Part shown: piece after piece, positions 27,602-32,000 of the stretch
How positions within the stretch are numbered: position 1 is the first letter of the stretch
Layout: the number at the start of each line of letters is the position of its first letter
Assembly: GCA_021777035.1 (NCBI GenBank)
Contig: JAIQZR010000192.1
Location: 185 to 32,184 of the forward strand
Reading direction: 5' to 3'
Source: Candidatus Scalindua sp.
GTDB lineage: Bacteria; Planctomycetota; Brocadiia; Brocadiales; Scalinduaceae
Length of the DNA stretch: 32,000 nt
Position numbers and translations under genes: made by a program
The notes under the pieces: model-generated
Seen by the model: the letters and a program-made list of their open reading frames with translations, nothing else
What the model was told of the DNA's origin: nothing
The model's database searches: none

Positions 27602-28435
27602 ATGTATACACTACATTACAAACTCCAATCACACCGGTTCTCTATACAGACAGCAAACAAAAAACTTGCAGGTTTATGTTCGCAGCTCTATCCAACTTCC
27701 AGATCTAAACGCAACGGATATGCTGATATTGTTTACTCACTGAAAATGAGAAACGATAGCGCTACAGGTGTGGTTTATGAGGTCCTTGTCAACGGCAACA
27801 AAAAACATCAAACTAGTATAAAATCAGGACTATTTTCTTCACTCGAATGGATGATTACATGCAATGCATTGTCACATCTTCGCGAGTTCCTCCAATTGCA
27901 CGCAGGAGCTGTCGTAAAGGAGGGTAAAATCATACTTCTACCTGCAAACCACGGCTCAGGAAAGACGACCTTAACGTTAAATCTTACCAAAAATCGTTAT
28001 CGCTGCCTCTCCGACGATATTGTCTTAATTGGGCCTGAAACAACCAAGATTATTCCTTTCCCACGAAGCTTTCTTATAAAAGACAAATCAATCAAAAAAC
28101 TGGCGGAATCCCATTTAATAGATAAAAAGAGTGGTTACTATTGTAAATCAGACGACATTTTATACTATAATCCCTATTCCACGAAAGGGCCATCTATCGG
28201 AAATGCAAAACCGTATGCGATAATCGAATTAAAACACAACCACCGTTTCAAAAACGAACTGATACCGGCCAGCAAATCACAGATGTGTATTCAACTATTA
28301 AAACAGTCGTTTAACATTCACCACTACAAACGTAGCGGAGTCTCTATACTGACAAAGCTGGTCAGAAACTGTAAGTGCTATTCTTTGAAGACAAACAATG
28401 TAACAGATGCTGTTCGCCTGGTCTCTCAAATATGA
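27602..28435 (+). CDS. HPr kinase-like P-loop protein
   Basis: LQLHAGAVVKEGKIILLPANHGSGKTTLTLNLTKNRYRCLSDDIVLIGPETTKIIPFPRSFLI is HprK-like (P-loop and SDDI motif). The track start of 27560 is a TTG; ATG at 27602 also plausible. Confidence 0.8.
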   Translation: MYTLHYKLQSHRFSIQTANKKLAGLCSQLYPTSRSKRNGYADIVYSLKMRNDSATGVVYEVLVNGNKKHQTSIKSGLFSSLEWMITCNALSHLREFLQLHAGAVVKEGKIILLPANHGSGKTTLTLNLTKNRYRCLSDDIVLIGPETTKIIPFPRSFLIKDKSIKKLAESHLIDKKSGYYCKSDDILYYNPYSTKGPSIGNAKPYAIIELKHNHRFKNELIPASKSQMCIQLLKQSFNIHHYKRSGVSILTKLVRNCKCYSLKTNNVTDAVRLVSQI

Positions 28436-29628
28436 ACGAACCAACTACTAAAAGATATATTGCCAGGTTACTGAACATTAAGAGAGGAGAAGACGGTATT
28501 GATGAAGTATACAATACATTAGAATCAATAGGATGGAATGAAATTATTAATATTGCCCAGGAACATCGCGTAATGACATTTCTGTTTTATAAAATAAAAC
28601 ATCTCGGACTGGAAGAGAGACTAGGGACGGAAACCCTCCAGGTTATGTCACTCAAATATCAAAAAGGAGTGGCGAAAAATGTTGTTACCAGGCATGTGCT
28701 AAAGGACATAATTCAATCGTTAAATCAATACGGCATAAAAGCCGTCATTCTGAAGGGTGCAATAAATTTCTGTGAAAATATTTATGAAAACTGGAATTTA
28801 AGATCAATGGAAGACTTGGACATTCTCATTAAAGAAGAGGATTTTCCTGTTGCAAGACAATGCATGAAAACTGCGGGACTACAGCATGTAGAAGGACAAA
28901 TCCCTCACGACCTCAGCGAAGATTTTCAAGGCAGGGGTATAGCCGTTGATATGCATTATCTACCGATCCATGAAAAACACATTTACCTTTTTGATATGAA
29001 TTCCTTCTGGTCAAACACCATGTGCGTAGAAATGAACAGTCTTAAAATGCACATTCCCAGCCCGACAGACCAAATCTACCACAAGTTTATTCACGACGTA
29101 ATACGACACCAGGAATTAGTAAATTTCAGAATTCAGAATTTGTGTGATTTTGTAAATATCTCCCAATATTACAAAGACAGGATAGACTGGAAAGAGATAT
29201 TACGCAGAACCAGGAAGAACGGTATTGAATCTTTATTTAAGTTTCACTGTTGGCAGATCAAGAAAAATCTTGAAACAGAGCTGCCGGAGCCAATAAACAA
29301 CCTGAGTAATGATAGTGTTAAGTGCTACGAAAAATGGTACAACCAACTAAGCGGATGCCCGGAGAGACTAAAATCTGCAAGCGAACGCCTCATTGTTATC
29401 CTGGCCAAGAGCAGCAATAATTTTGGACACCTTAAGCACTCATTTAATGTCCTTGTGAGAGAGTCAGTCATTAACGAATCTGGTGGACTCCTGCTCTCCA
29501 CATACAACATTAAGAAAAGAAAATATCTGTTACCATTCATTCGTACAATACACCTGGCCAGGATCCTCTTTCTACACATCCTGATTATCGCCTATCTCGC
29601 CAAACAGCGCTTGTATACACACAAATAG
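28432..29628 (+). CDS. Nucleotidyltransferase-family protein (NTP_transf_5 type)
   Basis: YGIKAVILKGAINFCENIYENWNLRSMEDLDILIKEEDFPVARQCMKTAGLQ and DMHYLPI. The ATG overlaps the upstream TGA (ATGA), indicating translational coupling; the track start of 28375 is too early. Confidence 0.83.
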   Translation: MNEPTTKRYIARLLNIKRGEDGIDEVYNTLESIGWNEIINIAQEHRVMTFLFYKIKHLGLEERLGTETLQVMSLKYQKGVAKNVVTRHVLKDIIQSLNQYGIKAVILKGAINFCENIYENWNLRSMEDLDILIKEEDFPVARQCMKTAGLQHVEGQIPHDLSEDFQGRGIAVDMHYLPIHEKHIYLFDMNSFWSNTMCVEMNSLKMHIPSPTDQIYHKFIHDVIRHQELVNFRIQNLCDFVNISQYYKDRIDWKEILRRTRKNGIESLFKFHCWQIKKNLETELPEPINNLSNDSVKCYEKWYNQLSGCPERLKSASERLIVILAKSSNNFGHLKHSFNVLVRESVINESGGLLLSTYNIKKRKYLLPFIRTIHLARILFLHILIIAYLAKQRLYTHK

Positions 29629-29719
29629 ACCTGGCATCTTAGTGAAGAAATTATGTATAGTCTCTTTTAATTTATTGCTTATATTAGAAATCCCATCATC
29701 TACCACTAAACTAAAAAAA

Positions 29720-30910
29720 ATGCGAGAAACTATTCACAATGAAGTCCGTAAAATAATTGATAAAGCAATCGATCTAAGGCATCGGTTTCATGAAATACCG
29801 GAAAGCTCATTTGAAGAAAACAGAACCTCACATTTGATTGTTCGAGAGTTACAACAAATGGGACTTGATGTTGAAGAAAAAATCGCCGGTACAGGTGTTG
29901 CCACAAACATAAAAGGCGAACTCTCCGGCCATACTATTGCTTTGCGTGCAGATATGGATGCTCTTAATATCGAAGAGAAATCTTCAAAACCTTATGCATC
30001 AAAACACAAAGGGTTTTCACACAGTTGCGGACACGACGGGCATATTGTCTGTTTATTAGAAGCGGCCCGCATACTTGTAAAACTTCGAAAACAATTAACA
30101 GGTACGGTAAGGGTTATTTTCCAACCAGGGGAAGAAAATGGAACAGGCGCACAGTCTATGATAGACGCCGGTGCACTGGGCGACCCCCTGCCTTCTGCAA
30201 TTTTCGCCTTACACGCATGGCCTCATTTAGAATCCGGTGTGGTTGCTTCAAGACCAGGCAATATAACCTCTGCAATAGACTACTTCAGCATAACTGTCAA
30301 AGGTAAAGGTGGTCATGGAGCACGGCCACATGAAAGTATCAGTCCTATTATAAGTATATCACTCATAGCACAAAAAATAAGTGCTCTTACGAATAACGGT
30401 GTTAACGGTAGATATCCATGTGTTGTAAGTGTGGGGATGATACAGGGTGGAACAGCACCAAATATAATCCCAGACCATGCATCTATCCAGGGGACGATTA
30501 GATCCCTTAATGAAACAAATCGTCAAAAAACACTTGAAAAGTTTAATAAGGCTGTAAACAAAATTGCCATTCAACAGAATGTTCAGGTAGCGATAGATTT
30601 TATTAAATACGGCCCACCCGTACACAATAATCCTGACTTGTACCATTTATTTGAAAAAGTAAGTGAACACCTATTGATTCCTGAAAAACGAGCCTATATT
30701 ACACAACAGAGTATGGGGTCAGAAGATTTTGGTAATTATACACAACTCATTCCCGGTATTCTGATTCGATTGGGAATGGGAAAGTCGTCCCCTCCACTTC
30801 ACACAAGCAAGTTCGATTTTTGTGATAAATCTCTCGATGCTGGAATCACGATACTGGTTGGCCTGGCAATGAAGGCCACAGAGAACGATTTTAAGATTAG
30901 TACGACATAA
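29720..30910 (+). CDS. M20D-family amidohydrolase/peptidase
   Basis: LRHRFHEIPESSFEE, IALRADMDALNIEE, HSCGHDGHIVCLLEAA, IFQPGEENGTGAQSMIDAGAL, MGSEDFGNY. Start may be the GTG at 29642. Confidence 0.92.
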   Translation: MRETIHNEVRKIIDKAIDLRHRFHEIPESSFEENRTSHLIVRELQQMGLDVEEKIAGTGVATNIKGELSGHTIALRADMDALNIEEKSSKPYASKHKGFSHSCGHDGHIVCLLEAARILVKLRKQLTGTVRVIFQPGEENGTGAQSMIDAGALGDPLPSAIFALHAWPHLESGVVASRPGNITSAIDYFSITVKGKGGHGARPHESISPIISISLIAQKISALTNNGVNGRYPCVVSVGMIQGGTAPNIIPDHASIQGTIRSLNETNRQKTLEKFNKAVNKIAIQQNVQVAIDFIKYGPPVHNNPDLYHLFEKVSEHLLIPEKRAYITQQSMGSEDFGNYTQLIPGILIRLGMGKSSPPLHTSKFDFCDKSLDAGITILVGLAMKATENDFKISTT

Positions 30911-31080
30911 ACAAGTTGCCCAGGGATTGCCATTCATGACTTCCAGGCTGACGAGTGCAGTGAATAATCTTTTATATTGCAAAACAACCTCACTCTTTTA
31001 TAATATCCTGCAGAAGAAGTAGCTACCTGTCTATTCTGCCACTTAAAACAACGAACGGTATACTGTCGTGGGTAGTTTAC

Positions 31081-31149
31081 CAGGACGAGTGGCATGAGTC
31101 GAAATGTATCCTATTTCTCATTTAAAGATACTTTCTAACCCTCGTCCTG
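31081..31149 (+). repeat. 9-bp perfect inverted repeat CAGGACGAG / CTCGTCCTG
   Basis: Arms at 31081-31089 and 31141-31149, with nested GTATC/GATAC; lies upstream of the radical SAM gene. Confidence 0.45.
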
Positions 31150-31205
31150 TCTGCAATACATTATAATTTTGCGGATGTAATTTTATTTCTCTTCCGGAGG
31201 AAATT

Positions 31206-32000
31206 CTGAATAAAAAGCTGCTATTAGTACTCCCTGACAGTCAACGCGGTTATTGGGGGAAGGTATCGAGAAGCGGGAAGGCCGGGTTTGTACGCATGGC
31301 ACTTCCAACGATTGCAGCCCTGACACCATCTGACTGGGATGTCGAGATCCATGACGCACGTACAACTCCCGTAGACTATAACATAAATGTTGACCTTGTT
31401 GGTATTACTTCCTATACAGCAGATATAACAAATGCCTGTAAGATAGCTGACGGGTACAGAAACAATGGAATAAAGGTCGTTATGGGAGGGGTTCATGTAT
31501 CCGCGCTTCCTGGCGAGGCGCTACAACATGCTGACGCTGTTGTCGTGGGCGAGGCAGAAGCTGTGTGGAAAAAACTGCTTCGTGATTGTGAAAAAGGCGA
31601 ATTAAAAGCAATCTATAAAAGCGGTTCATTAATAGAAATGGCTGATATGGCTATACCACGCCGAAATCTGCTGGACAGCAGTATGTATTCATCTTTTTAT
31701 TCCGTTCAGGCCACACGCGGATGCCCATTTAATTGCGAGTTCTGCACCGTTACTGCTTTTTTTGGACAAGAGTTCAGGGTGAGACCAGTGGAAGAGGTTA
31801 TTGAGGAGATCAAAGGATTTGACTCTAAAGAGTTCTTTTTTATCGATGATAACATCACGGGACGATCCGGTTTTGCCAAGAAGCTATTTAAGGAGCTTAT
31901 TCCCTTAAATCGCAAATGGGGTGGACAGACAACACTAAACTTTGCTAAAGATGAGGAGCTACTTTCATTGTACGCTAAAAGCGGCGGTAGATATGCCTTT
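31206..32000 (+). CDS. B12-binding-domain radical SAM protein, 3'-truncated by the window edge
   Basis: Not in the ORF track. Frame reads (CTG)NKKLLLVLPDSQRGYWGKVSRSGKAGFVRMALPTIAALTPSDWDVEIHDARTTPVDYNINVDLVGITSYTADITNACKIADGYRNNGIKVVMGGVHVSALPGEAL...TRGCPFNCEFCTVTAFFGQEFRVRPVEEVIEEIK.... GGAGG ends at 31200. Confidence 0.9.
   Translation, partial: MNKKLLLVLPDSQRGYWGKVSRSGKAGFVRMALPTIAALTPSDWDVEIHDARTTPVDYNINVDLVGITSYTADITNACKIADGYRNNGIKVVMGGVHVSALPGEALQHADAVVVGEAEAVWKKLLRDCEKGELKAIYKSGSLIEMADMAIPRRNLLDSSMYSSFYSVQATRGCPFNCEFCTVTAFFGQEFRVRPVEEVIEEIKGFDSKEFFFIDDNITGRSGFAKKLFKELIPLNRKWGGQTTLNFAKDEELLSLYAKSGGRYAF

Noticed and set aside
1-32000. CRISPR array, prophage or retron
   Set aside because: No regularly spaced repeats, cas genes, integrase, phage structural or reverse transcriptase genes were seen by eye in any frame.

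Overview
This 32 kb window has an AT-rich, bacterial, planctomycete/anammox-like gene content; the taxonomy is an inference, since there is no marker gene. The standout region is a compact plus-strand cluster at about 11.4-17.8 kb: acyl carrier protein, FabZ-type dehydratase, an intact ketosynthase, a second ketosynthase that has lost all three catalytic residues (chain-length-factor-like), a CrtI/phytoene-desaturase-like flavoprotein, and a B12-binding radical SAM enzyme. This matches the kind of locus proposed for ladderane lipid biosynthesis in anammox bacteria. A plausible promoter with tandem direct repeats lies upstream, and a 15-bp inverted repeat follows. Other content: a U32 peptidase fragment, a MazEF-like toxin-antitoxin pair with tandem palindromes in its promoter, a rhodanese protein, a PD40 propeller lipoprotein, a truncated GxxExxY ORF inside near-perfect inverted repeats, an M1+M28+PDZ fusion peptidase, a possible small structured RNA, a tRNA-Pro-like remnant, a zinc alcohol dehydrogenase, BirA, an orphan ParA, a Gld-type ABC/DUF4340/MoxR gene set headed by an omega-like RNA polymerase subunit, a PqqD-HprK-like-nucleotidyltransferase module, an M20D amidohydrolase, and an edge-truncated B12-binding radical SAM gene with an apparent non-AUG start.
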